A stretch of DNA of 47,970 nt from an uncultured Emergencia sp. (GTDB lineage: Bacteria > Bacillota > Clostridia > Peptostreptococcales > Anaerovoracaceae): NCBI GenBank assembly GCA_944388465.1, contig CALXJA010000033.1, forward strand, positions 1 through 47,970, in the 5' to 3' direction. The notes beneath the pieces are model-generated. The model did no database searches. It was given only the letters and a program-made list of their open reading frames with translations, and was not told the DNA's origin. Made by a program: the position numbers and the translations under genes. Positions 1-8,504 of the stretch are shown in pieces (the first letter of the stretch is position 1; every line of letters begins with the position of its first letter).

Positions 1-323
1 CGGCCTTCTTCTCCGTCTGCAGAAAGCTCGCTTGTCTGAAAGTATTCTTCAAAAAGGGGCACACCCTTATGAAGAAAAAAAGCTGCCTCCCTGCCGACGA
101 GCGCTTTTCTGTCGTCGACCGTAAGACAGTCTTTTTCTGTGTTGTCCGTTCGTTTAGAGGACAGCATTTCTTCACTTATTACCGTTCCCTTTTCCACGTT
201 TTTCTCCAGTACCAGGATCTCCTCATACAGGAACCGGTCTTTTCCCCATTTTTCCCAGGTGATCAATGCCGCCACGCTGAGAATAATCATGACGATACCG
301 ATGATGCTCTTGCTTCGGGTCAC
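1..323 (-). CDS. SAF-domain membrane-anchored protein, CpaB/RcpC-like (Flp/Tad pilus assembly); 5' part only, runs off the window
   Basis: Not in the ORF track; translated by hand from GTG at 323 (RBS AAGGAG just upstream): MTRSKSIIGIVMIILSVAALITWEKWGKDRFLYEEILVLEKNVEKGTVISEEMLSSKRTDNTEKDCLTVDDRKALVGREAAFFLHKGVPLFEEYF..., open to base 1. N-terminal TM helix followed by a SAF-like pattern (ILVLxKxVxKGTVISxxML...LVGRxAxxxLxKGxPL). Confidence 0.7.
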   Translation of the reverse strand, partial: MTRSKSIIGIVMIILSVAALITWEKWGKDRFLYEEILVLEKNVEKGTVISEEMLSSKRTDNTEKDCLTVDDRKALVGREAAFFLHKGVPLFEEYFQTSELSADGEEG

Positions 324-327
324 ACGC

Positions 328-1302
328 TCACTCCTTTCTATGCATCAGCCAGTACGGCTGCCGGTCGTCAATAAAGACGCTCTGCCGGTCTTCGCTGCGG
401 TCGCCGCCGGCCTCGGTGCGAAACAGAAAGACCAGTTCTTCCCGTCCCTGACTCCCCCATTTATTGATCATGGTACGGTCAAACAGTTCGCCCCGCCACA
501 TACCGTTTTCTCTGTGCAGTGCGGTCTCATAACCCGTTCCCAGAATCGATACCGATACCGCATCCGGTTCTTCTTCTCCGGTCGTAACGGCAGAGAGAAC
601 AAATTTTTCTCCGGACCAGAAGATCTCCGGCGGACGGATCCACTGCAGCAGTCCTTCTTCCCGGCAGAAGGCGTTGAATCTTTGCCGGTTTTTCTCCCAG
701 GCTTCCGTATGGGAAACCTTTCCGGAAATAAGCAGCGGCTGGACTTCCTCTGCTTCTTTATCCTGCTCTTTTCCCGGCTCTTCCTTCTCCTGCTGCGTAT
801 CATCCGTCGCCTGTGAAAGCTCCGTTACACGAACCGGCTGCGACAGGATCAGTGTCCGGAAATAGTACGGCGGGTATCCTGCATTGATCTTTTCCTTCGA
901 GGTTTTCCACCGGAAGGTGATGTATCCTTTAACCTCGTGTATACCTGCCGCGGAAAACCGGTGCACGGCGCTTTCTCCCAGGTATTCTTTACCCTCTGCT
1001 ACAATCAGGCAGCGAGCCACTCCGTCAAAGCTATACCTGGCAGTGCCATTGTGCGTTTTGGCCCGGGCGGTAAAGCTGCCCGGATCTTTCCCCGGTTTCA
1101 GGCGGAAGTTCACTTGTTCTCCGGTATTGATCAGCTGTGGAGATGCCGTCATCTCGCCGTGACAGGTCACACCGCTTATCGGAATCAGGGAAACGCTCCC
1201 TCCTGAAGGTCCGGATATCACATAGGCCGAAAAAACCGCTCCGGTCGAACAGAAAAAAAACAGAGCAGCTGCTGCCGCTCTCTTCCATCTTCTCTTGCGC
1301 AT
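328..1302 (-). CDS. Secreted/surface hypothetical protein with PKD/Ig-like segment, acidic linker and uncharacterised C-terminal domain
   Basis: Start moved to ATG 1302 (AGGAGG RBS). Basic-then-hydrophobic signal peptide MRKRRWKRAAAAALFFFCSTGAVFSA. PKD-like motif GESAVHRFSAAGIHEVKGYIT; linker DDTQQEKEEPGKEQDKEAEE; Trp-rich C-terminus. Confidence 0.75.
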   Translation of the reverse strand: MRKRRWKRAAAAALFFFCSTGAVFSAYVISGPSGGSVSLIPISGVTCHGEMTASPQLINTGEQVNFRLKPGKDPGSFTARAKTHNGTARYSFDGVARCLIVAEGKEYLGESAVHRFSAAGIHEVKGYITFRWKTSKEKINAGYPPYYFRTLILSQPVRVTELSQATDDTQQEKEEPGKEQDKEAEEVQPLLISGKVSHTEAWEKNRQRFNAFCREEGLLQWIRPPEIFWSGEKFVLSAVTTGEEEPDAVSVSILGTGYETALHRENGMWRGELFDRTMINKWGSQGREELVFLFRTEAGGDRSEDRQSVFIDDRQPYWLMHRKE

Positions 1303-1316
1303 ATTCCTCCTTTCCT

Positions 1317-1348
1317 GAAAAGAAAAGACCGCCGGCGCGGTCTCTTCC
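1317..1348 (-). terminator. Intrinsic terminator-like hairpin in the 5' leader of the 1302 gene
   Basis: Minus strand GGAAGAGACCGC-GCCG-GCGGTCTTTTCTTTTC: GC-rich stem plus U-rich tail, directly before the RBS. Confidence 0.6.
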
Positions 1349-1374
1349 ATTTTCTTCCAATTTCTGCTATTAAC

Positions 1375-1403
1375 ATACTATCACAGTTTCTCTTCCCTTT
1401 CAA
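1375..1403 (-). promoter_or_regulatory. Putative sigma-A promoter for the secreted protein/SAF operon
   Basis: TTGAAA-17 nt-TAGTAT with extended TG. Confidence 0.45.
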
Positions 1404-1446
1404 CTGCTTTTTGCAAAAAAACATTTTCGGTTATGCGCTTCATCGC

Positions 1447-1489
1447 AAAAAAACTGCAGTCCATAGACGCGTTTATCTACAGGCTGCAG
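1447..1489 (-). terminator. Intrinsic terminator after the ArpU/RinA-like gene
   Basis: CTGCAGCCTGTAGA...TCTATGGACTGCAG imperfect stem followed by T7 on the minus strand. Confidence 0.65.
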
Positions 1490-1498
1490 CTTCTCTTC

Positions 1499-1906
1499 TT
1501 ACATCAGAGACAGATTCTTCGCCACCGTATACAAGAAGCGCTGTTTCCAGTATTTCCAGATCTTGTCGGGATAAGCTTTTCCGGAATTTTTCAGGATAAT
1601 GTTGCTGAGAATGAAAGAACGGTATTCCTCCGGAACAATCTCCAGTGCATCCCGGATCGACGTTATCCGCTCTTCCAATATGGCGCGTTCCATAGCCTGC
1701 TCTTCTGTAGGACGTCGGACAACAAAGCTGCTGCTTCTGTCACTGACCAGATTCACACCTCGCAGCATCCCCTTCTCTTCTGCGATCAGCTCCGCTCTGC
1801 GCCTTTCCATCCGTTCCAGATCTCTGACTGCCCAAAGGCACTGATAATATACAGTATCCGGCATAACAAACTGCTTATACCTGGTCTGTTGCCACTCTCT
1901 GGCCAT
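1499..1906 (-). CDS. Hypothetical protein resembling ArpU/RinA-type phage transcriptional regulators
   Basis: Start moved to ATG 1906 (GAGGAG RBS), 135 aa. Helical coiled segment, PTE motif, IRDALEIVPEEYR, and C-terminal WKQRFLYTVAKNL as seen in Bacillota phage late regulators. Recognised by pattern only. Confidence 0.55.
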   Translation of the reverse strand: MAREWQQTRYKQFVMPDTVYYQCLWAVRDLERMERRRAELIAEEKGMLRGVNLVSDRSSSFVVRRPTEEQAMERAILEERITSIRDALEIVPEEYRSFILSNIILKNSGKAYPDKIWKYWKQRFLYTVAKNLSLM

Positions 1907-1960
1907 AATCTCCTCTTTCCGAAACCTCTGTATATTTTTTACCATATTTTCCATTTATTG

Positions 1961-2872
1961 TCAACTTTTTTCTTTTGACCCCGCAGAAGAAAGACAAACA
2001 CCGGTAATGGTCAGTGCCACGCCGACAATGGTATACCAGCCGAAGGGATCTCCCGCAAAGGCGCAGCCGGAGATCACACCGACAGCCGTTGTGGAATTGG
2101 CGACCATATTGGTACCCACAGCAGTCGGCAGTTTTCCCAGAACAAAGTTATAAATCAGATAGCACAGGCAGGAACAGCAAATGCCCAGAAACAGAACGCC
2201 TGCCAGCAGTTCCGCATCGGCAAAGCACGACCGATAGCCGCTGAAACCGTAACCCATGGCAAAACTGATGCTGTTAAAAAAAATACCGCTCATGATGGAA
2301 ATACCAAAAGTCACTTCTATGGCGTTAAACTGTTCTGCCGCTTTGCTGCCGGCATAAGAATACAGCGCACCGGTGATCACGGCTCCGATCAGCATCAGAT
2401 ATCCCAGTCCTTTTCCGCCAAGAGAGAATCCCGGCGAAAAGGCTACGCAGATGATCACACCGATGAAAGCCAGCAGTATCGCCAGAGCCGTCCGCCGGCT
2501 GTTTTTCCGGTGCAGAAAGAAAGAACCGATCAGCAGCACCACCAGAGGAATGGTCGCAATGAAGATCGATGACTCGGACGTCGTCGTCATCTTGATCCCC
2601 ATGGTCTCGAAAATCGAATACATACAGGGCTGAAGACAGCCTACCAGCAGAACCAGACGGATATCCTTGCCCCGGAAATTGATTTTGACGATCCGCAGCG
2701 CAGCCAGCAGCAAAAAGAGCAGTGCAGATACGGTCCAGCGCAGCGCCAGCAGCTGCATCGGTTCAAGCTGCTTCAGCGACACTGTAGTTCCCAGGAAGGA
2801 AAACCCCCAGCACAGAGCGCAAAGGGGCACCAGGAAGTAAATAAACCACTTATTCTCCGTAATCTTCTTCAT
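1961..2872 (-). CDS. DMT/EamA family transporter
   Basis: 303 aa, about 10 TM helices in two repeats, WGFSF motif. Start overlaps the hom stop (ATGA). Confidence 0.9.
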   Translation of the reverse strand: MKKITENKWFIYFLVPLCALCWGFSFLGTTVSLKQLEPMQLLALRWTVSALLFLLLAALRIVKINFRGKDIRLVLLVGCLQPCMYSIFETMGIKMTTTSESSIFIATIPLVVLLIGSFFLHRKNSRRTALAILLAFIGVIICVAFSPGFSLGGKGLGYLMLIGAVITGALYSYAGSKAAEQFNAIEVTFGISIMSGIFFNSISFAMGYGFSGYRSCFADAELLAGVLFLGICCSCLCYLIYNFVLGKLPTAVGTNMVANSTTAVGVISGCAFAGDPFGWYTIVGVALTITGVCLSSAGSKEKS

Positions 2873-3906
2873 CTCTGCTGTCCGTCAAGCAGCCGGATAA
2901 CATCGCCGAATATGCCGTAGGCTGTCTGCCGCAGATCCGGCTGATGTTCGATCACCGACAGCTTCCCCATCAGATCGGTGGTGATGGAGACCACCGACGT
3001 GGTGCTGTCAATGGAGGCCAGCATATCCGACTGATCCACTTCCACCGGCTTTACTCTGGCCGCAATACCGTTTTCCGTGCGTCTGCCTTCACACAGCAGC
3101 TTGATCACCTTCCCCCGCTCTGCGGCCTTGCGGATATCCTCCGCCGTAATATCGCCTATGCCTGTACGATCTACATCCGCAGGCGTAATGCCGGCATTCA
3201 TCAGGACGTTCAGCAGCGCTGTAACCTTCGCCGCAGCGTCAAAACCGTCAATATCCATGGCCGGATCCGCTTCGATGAAGCCTAACTTCTTTCCGGCTTC
3301 CAGTATCTCTCCGTATTCCTTTCCTGCCGCCAATTCCTCCAGGATGTAATTGGTCGTACTGTTGAGAATACCGGAAACCTCCGTGACCCGGCAGAATTTC
3401 AGCGTTTTTTCTACCAGATTGAAGACCGGTGTACCATCCATGACCGTCGTCTCATAGAAAAACATCAGTCCTTTTTCTTCCGCCTCCTGTTTCAGCTCGT
3501 CATAAGCCCAGGCGATCGGTCCCTTATTGGCGCTGACTACATGCTTTCCGCACTGAAACGCTCTTCGGATGTGGTCAATGGCAGGCTGACCGTCCTCGAT
3601 ATACAGCGGCGTCAGTTCGCATACTGCATCACAGTCCGCCTGTTCGATCACCTGCAGGGTGTTCCGTGTGCAGAGACCTGCCGTATCCTCCGCAAAACGG
3701 CCTGCGGAACGGGCATCCGCCAGCACTTTTTTCAGATCGATACCCTGGCTGTCTAAAATCGTCCCCTTGGACGGCGCCGTAATGGCCGTCACCCGGACGC
3801 CCCGGCCATAGACCTGACGAATCTCTTCTTCTTTTTCCATCAGCATTTCGGCAAAAGCCTGCGCGGCATTGCCAAAGCCCAGAAGCGCCAGTTTTAAATC
3901 TTCCAT
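2869..3906 (-). CDS. hom: Homoserine dehydrogenase (short form, no ACT domain)
   Basis: LGFGN Rossmann motif, VVSANKGP, YETTVMDGTP, GILNSTTNYIL, EADPAMDIDGFDAAAK. Confidence 0.92.
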   Translation of the reverse strand: MEDLKLALLGFGNAAQAFAEMLMEKEEEIRQVYGRGVRVTAITAPSKGTILDSQGIDLKKVLADARSAGRFAEDTAGLCTRNTLQVIEQADCDAVCELTPLYIEDGQPAIDHIRRAFQCGKHVVSANKGPIAWAYDELKQEAEEKGLMFFYETTVMDGTPVFNLVEKTLKFCRVTEVSGILNSTTNYILEELAAGKEYGEILEAGKKLGFIEADPAMDIDGFDAAAKVTALLNVLMNAGITPADVDRTGIGDITAEDIRKAAERGKVIKLLCEGRRTENGIAARVKPVEVDQSDMLASIDSTTSVVSITTDLMGKLSVIEHQPDLRQTAYGIFGDVIRLLDGQQR

Positions 3907-3942
3907 ATGTTCTCCTCCTGCCTTTCGCCCCGGCCTGCGAAA

Positions 3943-5616
3943 TTATTCTGTCTGCACATCCGCACGATCCTCTTCGGTTACTGTCGAACCCAGAACCAGG
4001 GTCGCTTTCTCCAGCTCCTGCACAATATTGTTGATTTTGATCATCTTCTCTGCGGAAATATTTCTGCCCATGGCCAGATCCGCATTGTAGAGGATCGTTT
4101 CGATGTCGTTATGGATCGATGCGATCTTGTTCCGTACGTTCTGGATCTCCTCGTCCCGGTAGCCTTCCTCCTCGGCCTCTTCATAATTGAGAAGCTTTGC
4201 CGTGTTCATATCCAGCTCGAACTCAGAATTGCCCAGAACCACCACCGGTTCGTATCCCAGCTTATCGTGGATCAGTTTGGCGAAGTCCTTCTTTGAATCT
4301 TCTTCCCCATGAACGAGAAAGACCTGTTTCGGTTTGACTCTAAAGCCGGCGATCCAGGAAAACAGACCGTTTTGATCTGCATGGCCGGAAAAGCCCTCCA
4401 GATTATAGATCTCGGCATTGACATGGATCTCCTCACCGAAAAGCGTGATATCCTTCTTTCCTTCTACCAGCAGCTTGCCCAGCGTCCCCTCCGCCTGATA
4501 TCCGACAAAGATCACGCTGGATCTGGCATCCCAGAGATTGTGCTTCAAATGATGCCGGATCCGTCCGGCTTCGCACATGCCGCTGGCGGAAATGATGATC
4601 TTCGGCGAACGATCTATATTGAGCGCCTGTGATTCCGCCGTGCTTCGGGTAAAACGCAGATTCTTGAAGTCCAGAGGATTATCGCCTTTGAGTATGTAAT
4701 CTCTCGTCTCTTCGTCAAAGACCTGTGCATTTTTTCGGAAGACCTCCGTTGCCGTAGTCGCCATAGGGCTGTCAACGTAAACCATCAGCTTATCCAGCTC
4801 TTCCTTGTACTCGCTGTGCTCCTCGTAAAACTTGTTGAATTCAAAAATGAGTTCCTGCGTCCTGCCGACGGCGAAAGAAGGGATGACGACGGTTCCTCCG
4901 CGCCGTGTAGTCTTTAATACGATATCCAGCAGCGATTCGATACTGGTGGAATTAGCCGGATGGAGACGGTTTCCATATGTGGTCTCCATGATCACATAGT
5001 CCGCTTTTTTAATGATTGTCGGATCACGCAGGATCGGCCGGTTGACCATGCCTAAATCGCCGGAGAAAACGATCTTTGACTCTCCGTCTCCTTCTTTGAT
5101 CCAGAGCTCGATGATGGCCGAACCGAGAATATGACCGGCGTCATTGAAAACGATGCGCATATTCTCATTGATCTCGATCAGCTGATCATAAAGCACCGGT
5201 TCAACGTATTCCAACGTCTTGCAGGCGTCCTCATAGGTGTAGAGAGGCTCCACCGGCGGTTTTCCGGCTCTCTCCGCCTTGCGGCTTTTCCATTCCGCGT
5301 CCTTTTCATGGATATAGCCGCTGTCTTTAAGCATCACATCCAGCAAATCTGCCGTTGCATCCGTGCAGTAAATTTTCCCGGTAAATCCACGCTTGACCAG
5401 CAGCGGAAGCCGGCCGCAGTGATCGATATGCGCATGGCTGAGAATCACACATTCTATTTCTGCAGGCTCAAAAGGAAATGGTTCAGAATTCAGCGCTTCC
5501 TGCGCTTTTCCCCCCTGGAACTGTCCGCAGTCCAGCAGGATCTTATGATTTTCTGTAGTCAACAGGTGACAGGAGCCGGTAACGCCTGACGAGGCGCCGC
5601 AAAATTTAATCTTCAT
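3943..5616 (-). CDS. MBL-fold beta-CASP ribonuclease (RNA specificity domain)
   Basis: GVTGSCHL, SHAHIDHCG, AGHILGS, METTYG, FAVGRTQE, SASGMCEAGRIRHHL, FSGHADQ, LVHGE. Confidence 0.92.
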   Translation of the reverse strand: MKIKFCGASSGVTGSCHLLTTENHKILLDCGQFQGGKAQEALNSEPFPFEPAEIECVILSHAHIDHCGRLPLLVKRGFTGKIYCTDATADLLDVMLKDSGYIHEKDAEWKSRKAERAGKPPVEPLYTYEDACKTLEYVEPVLYDQLIEINENMRIVFNDAGHILGSAIIELWIKEGDGESKIVFSGDLGMVNRPILRDPTIIKKADYVIMETTYGNRLHPANSTSIESLLDIVLKTTRRGGTVVIPSFAVGRTQELIFEFNKFYEEHSEYKEELDKLMVYVDSPMATTATEVFRKNAQVFDEETRDYILKGDNPLDFKNLRFTRSTAESQALNIDRSPKIIISASGMCEAGRIRHHLKHNLWDARSSVIFVGYQAEGTLGKLLVEGKKDITLFGEEIHVNAEIYNLEGFSGHADQNGLFSWIAGFRVKPKQVFLVHGEEDSKKDFAKLIHDKLGYEPVVVLGNSEFELDMNTAKLLNYEEAEEEGYRDEEIQNVRNKIASIHNDIETILYNADLAMGRNISAEKMIKINNIVQELEKATLVLGSTVTEEDRADVQTE

Positions 5617-5639
5617 AATTCCTCCGTAAATTCGTTACC

Positions 5640-6197
5640 CTATACTTCCACATTCCACAGTGAAGCTTCGCCTGTGGAGACCACTGCCGCGCCGGCATCC
5701 AGCGCCGCCCGAACCTCTTCAATGGTTTCTATGATTCCGCCGGCAATGATCGGCATATCCGTCTTCCCAGAAAACTCTCTGATCTTCTTGGTTACGATCC
5801 CCGGCATAAGCTCAATAATATCCGGTCTGGATATCTTGATCGATTCGACAGAGGTTCCTACGGAATGGGAATCCACAAGGAAAAACCGCTGTACCGTGAT
5901 CAGATCAAATTCTTTGGCCGCTTTGACGATATTTGTCCTGGTCGTCAAAACGCCGTCGACACCCTGTCTGGCCAAAAACTCCAGTCCGGATCGATCTTTA
6001 CCGATACCTTCGGCAAAATCCACATGAATGAAGGCTTTCTTCCCTGCGCTGTGAATTTCTTTAACACATTGATTAACCGTCATAATATTGGAATGAAGCA
6101 GAAACACCATATCCACATTGGAACGGAGTGCCGTACTGAAATCCTTTTCCGTTCTGATCGCTGCGGCAATCGGTCTTTTCATGAAATCTACCGTCAT
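5640..6197 (-). CDS. glpP: Glycerol-3-phosphate-responsive antiterminator
   Basis: 185 aa; HVDFAEGIGKD, TVQRFFLVDS, ELMPG, PIIAGGII, VSTGEASLW. Confidence 0.9.
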   Translation of the reverse strand: MTVDFMKRPIAAAIRTEKDFSTALRSNVDMVFLLHSNIMTVNQCVKEIHSAGKKAFIHVDFAEGIGKDRSGLEFLARQGVDGVLTTRTNIVKAAKEFDLITVQRFFLVDSHSVGTSVESIKISRPDIIELMPGIVTKKIREFSGKTDMPIIAGGIIETIEEVRAALDAGAAVVSTGEASLWNVEV

Positions 6198-6235
6198 GTT
6201 CTCTCCTTTTCTCTCTTACGGATATTTTCGTTATT

Positions 6236-6264
6236 ATTATAATACTTTCGCTTCCGCTTGACAA
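6236..6264 (-). promoter_or_regulatory. Sigma-A promoter of the glpP operon
   Basis: TTGTCA-17 nt-TATAAT. Confidence 0.65.
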
Positions 6265-6284
6265 TGATAACGAGAAGCGTTGGC

Positions 6285-6337
6285 AAAAAAGAGGAGAACG
6301 ACAGGTCCTATCCTCTCAGGTCTCCATTCGTTCTCCT
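6285..6337 (-). terminator. Intrinsic terminator after the PHP gene
   Basis: AGGAGAACGA / TCGTTCTCCT 10-bp stem with a large loop, followed by CTTTTTT. Confidence 0.55.
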
Positions 6338-7126
6338 TCACGTTCTTTCACTTTCGGACTCGCCATGAAAATCCGAGCCCTCTGTAATATGCAGATGCAA
6401 TTTCCCCGCCAGTACGACCAGTCGCAGCGCATCCTCTTCGGAGGCAGACGGGTGATAACATTCCATCCCTTTCAGTCCCTGTTTCTTCAGATAGCGGAGC
6501 ATATTCTCCAGGTTTTCCCAGAATTGCCCGCTGCCCTTCTCTCCTATGCCTTTTATCTTCATCGGATGCGCAAGTACGGCAAGACCACCCGCTTCACGGA
6601 TCACGTCAATGGCTTCCGCGGTATCCAGTCTTTCCCTCTCAATACGGTCAAAAATCTTCCACATATCCTCGATGGCATAACCCTTGCGGCGAAGTGCCCG
6701 GGCAAAGTTGGGTTTTCCCACATAAGTCTGTCCCGGTCTTTCCAGCAGATCTTCATAGCGCAGCGGGTACCCCGATCCGTTCAGATAGGCGAGCAGCCGC
6801 TGGTTGCGGTCGTCTCTGCTCCTGCGGGCGGTTTCAAGCATTTCCTGCAGGCGAGGATTTTCCGTATCGATATGATAGCCGAGAATGTGAAGCTCTGTCG
6901 CTTTGCCCTCCCAATTCAGCGATGTAGACAGTTCTACGCCTGGAATGACCTTGATCTGGAGCGCCTCGCCGGCGATCATCGCTTCCTGCACGCCATCCAC
7001 GCCATCGTGATCGGTCAGCGCGATCACTTCATAATCGTTTTCCTTGTACCTCCGTACAATATCCACCGGCTTCATGCGTCCGTCAGAATAGTAGGAGTGT
7101 ATATGATAATCCGCTTTGTAACTCAT
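6338..7126 (-). CDS. PHP-domain phosphoesterase (TrpH/YciV-like)
   Basis: DYHIHSYYSDG, ALTDHD, GVELS, HILGY, LAHP, EGSDFHG. Start at ATG 7126 (AGGAG RBS). Confidence 0.9.
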   Translation of the reverse strand: MSYKADYHIHSYYSDGRMKPVDIVRRYKENDYEVIALTDHDGVDGVQEAMIAGEALQIKVIPGVELSTSLNWEGKATELHILGYHIDTENPRLQEMLETARRSRDDRNQRLLAYLNGSGYPLRYEDLLERPGQTYVGKPNFARALRRKGYAIEDMWKIFDRIERERLDTAEAIDVIREAGGLAVLAHPMKIKGIGEKGSGQFWENLENMLRYLKKQGLKGMECYHPSASEEDALRLVVLAGKLHLHITEGSDFHGESESERT

Positions 7127-7136
7127 CGGTTCACTC

Positions 7137-7679
7137 CTATCTGTACAGCAGCTCCGCCGCAATCTCAGCAGCCTTCTCCTCGCCTTTCAGGAAAGCGATG
7201 ATCTTCAGGGCAAAATCCATGGCTGTTCCCGGGCCCTGCGAAGTAATGATGTTTTCGGAAACCACCACCTTCTCATCCACCGGTTTAGCGCCGATCAGTT
7301 CCTCTTCCATACCTTTATAGATCGTAGCCCGGTGTCCGTGCAGAAGGCCTGCTCTGCCTAAAACCATAGGCGCTGCGCAGATCGCCGCTATCGGCTTGCC
7401 GCTGTCGTAAAACTCTTTCAGCTCTTCGTTAAGTTCCCGGTGATTGCACAGATTTGCCGTGCCGGGCATTCCCCCGGGGAGTACCAGCATCGCACAGCGG
7501 GCGCAGTCAGCTTCCCTGTACAGGATATCCGCTTCAACGCCTACACCTCTCGCGCCATATACCAGCTTATCCTCCATGATGGAAACCGTCTTGACCTGGA
7601 TATCCGCCCGGCGGAGAAGATCCACAACGGTAAGCGCTTCTATCTCTTCAAACCCGTTGGCTAAAAATACATATACCAT
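7137..7679 (-). CDS. DJ-1/ThiJ/YajL family glyoxalase/deglycase
   Basis: GFEEIEA, LPGGMPG, AAICAAP, TSQGPGTA. Confidence 0.92.
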   Translation of the reverse strand: MVYVFLANGFEEIEALTVVDLLRRADIQVKTVSIMEDKLVYGARGVGVEADILYREADCARCAMLVLPGGMPGTANLCNHRELNEELKEFYDSGKPIAAICAAPMVLGRAGLLHGHRATIYKGMEEELIGAKPVDEKVVVSENIITSQGPGTAMDFALKIIAFLKGEEKAAEIAAELLYR

Positions 7680-7694
7680 TGTTGCATGTCCTTT

Positions 7695-8357
7695 CTAATA
7701 AAAAATTCTCGCAGGCTTTGTCAGGTGATAATTAACATAGGTCAGTACAGAAAGCAGTGCTGCTCCCAGAATAGACGCAAATAAAATATACGTCTTGTAG
7801 AACGGATCGCCGAGAATGATTTCCAGCGTAGAATTTTCCCCCAGATCTACACCGATAAAAAAGCCGTAAGCCCATAGCCGCAGGCTTTTGACCGACCAGA
7901 AAACGCCCTGGCCGATCAGCAGCAGCAGCGTTATTGCCGCACTGACCCTGTATCGATTCAGCAAGGCTTTTTTAAATCCGCTCTTCCACAGGTAGATATA
8001 TATGGCCAGGGAAAGCGCAAGACACAGAAGCCCCGCTGCCAGTTCGATATTCAGAATGTTTTTCACCTTCCGCATCGCCTGTTGTTCCTGATCTTGAAAG
8101 ATCGGATCCTTGTATATGCCGTTATCTTCATAAACCTGAAATTTCTTCCCGTTAAAGGAGGACAGGTAAGCCGTAATGTCTCCGGCCATCTGTGAGCCGT
8201 TAACGCTGTACGGGATCTGATTCATGACCTGACTGTCATTAAAGTGGAACGTATAGATCGCCGATACCCGCAAAACCAGATTTGAGCTCAGGATCACGAT
8301 CATCAAAGACAGAGTAAAGACCAGAACAACAGAGCAAAAATAGTTGAATTTATGCAT
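7695..8357 (-). CDS. Integral membrane protein (DUF1461-like)
   Basis: About 4 TM helices with a large loop after TM1 (DITAYLS...EQQAMRKVKNIL). Start at ATG 8357 (AGGAG RBS). Confidence 0.6.
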   Translation of the reverse strand: MHKFNYFCSVVLVFTLSLMIVILSSNLVLRVSAIYTFHFNDSQVMNQIPYSVNGSQMAGDITAYLSSFNGKKFQVYEDNGIYKDPIFQDQEQQAMRKVKNILNIELAAGLLCLALSLAIYIYLWKSGFKKALLNRYRVSAAITLLLLIGQGVFWSVKSLRLWAYGFFIGVDLGENSTLEIILGDPFYKTYILFASILGAALLSVLTYVNYHLTKPARIFY

Positions 8358-8385
8358 ATTAACTCCTAATCCACATTGCAACAAT

Positions 8386-8412
8386 GGGATAGGCTCATAG
8401 AAAGCCTATCCC
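8386..8412 (-). terminator. Hairpin downstream of pduL (probable terminator)
   Basis: GGGATAGGCT / AGCCTATCCC perfect 10-bp stem; U-tract is weak. Confidence 0.45.
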
Positions 8413-8504
8413 GGTTGACACAGCCCTTGCTGCAGCAAAGTGTACTGCCAGGCGGCACAGCGGTATACCTGCTCCGCCGCCGTAAATTTTTCTGCAAATG
8501 CCTG

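Noticed and set aside
1499-1906. Prophage remnant around the ArpU/RinA-like gene
   Set aside because: Neighbours are hom/EamA and surface-protein genes, with no structural, replication or lysis genes in view.
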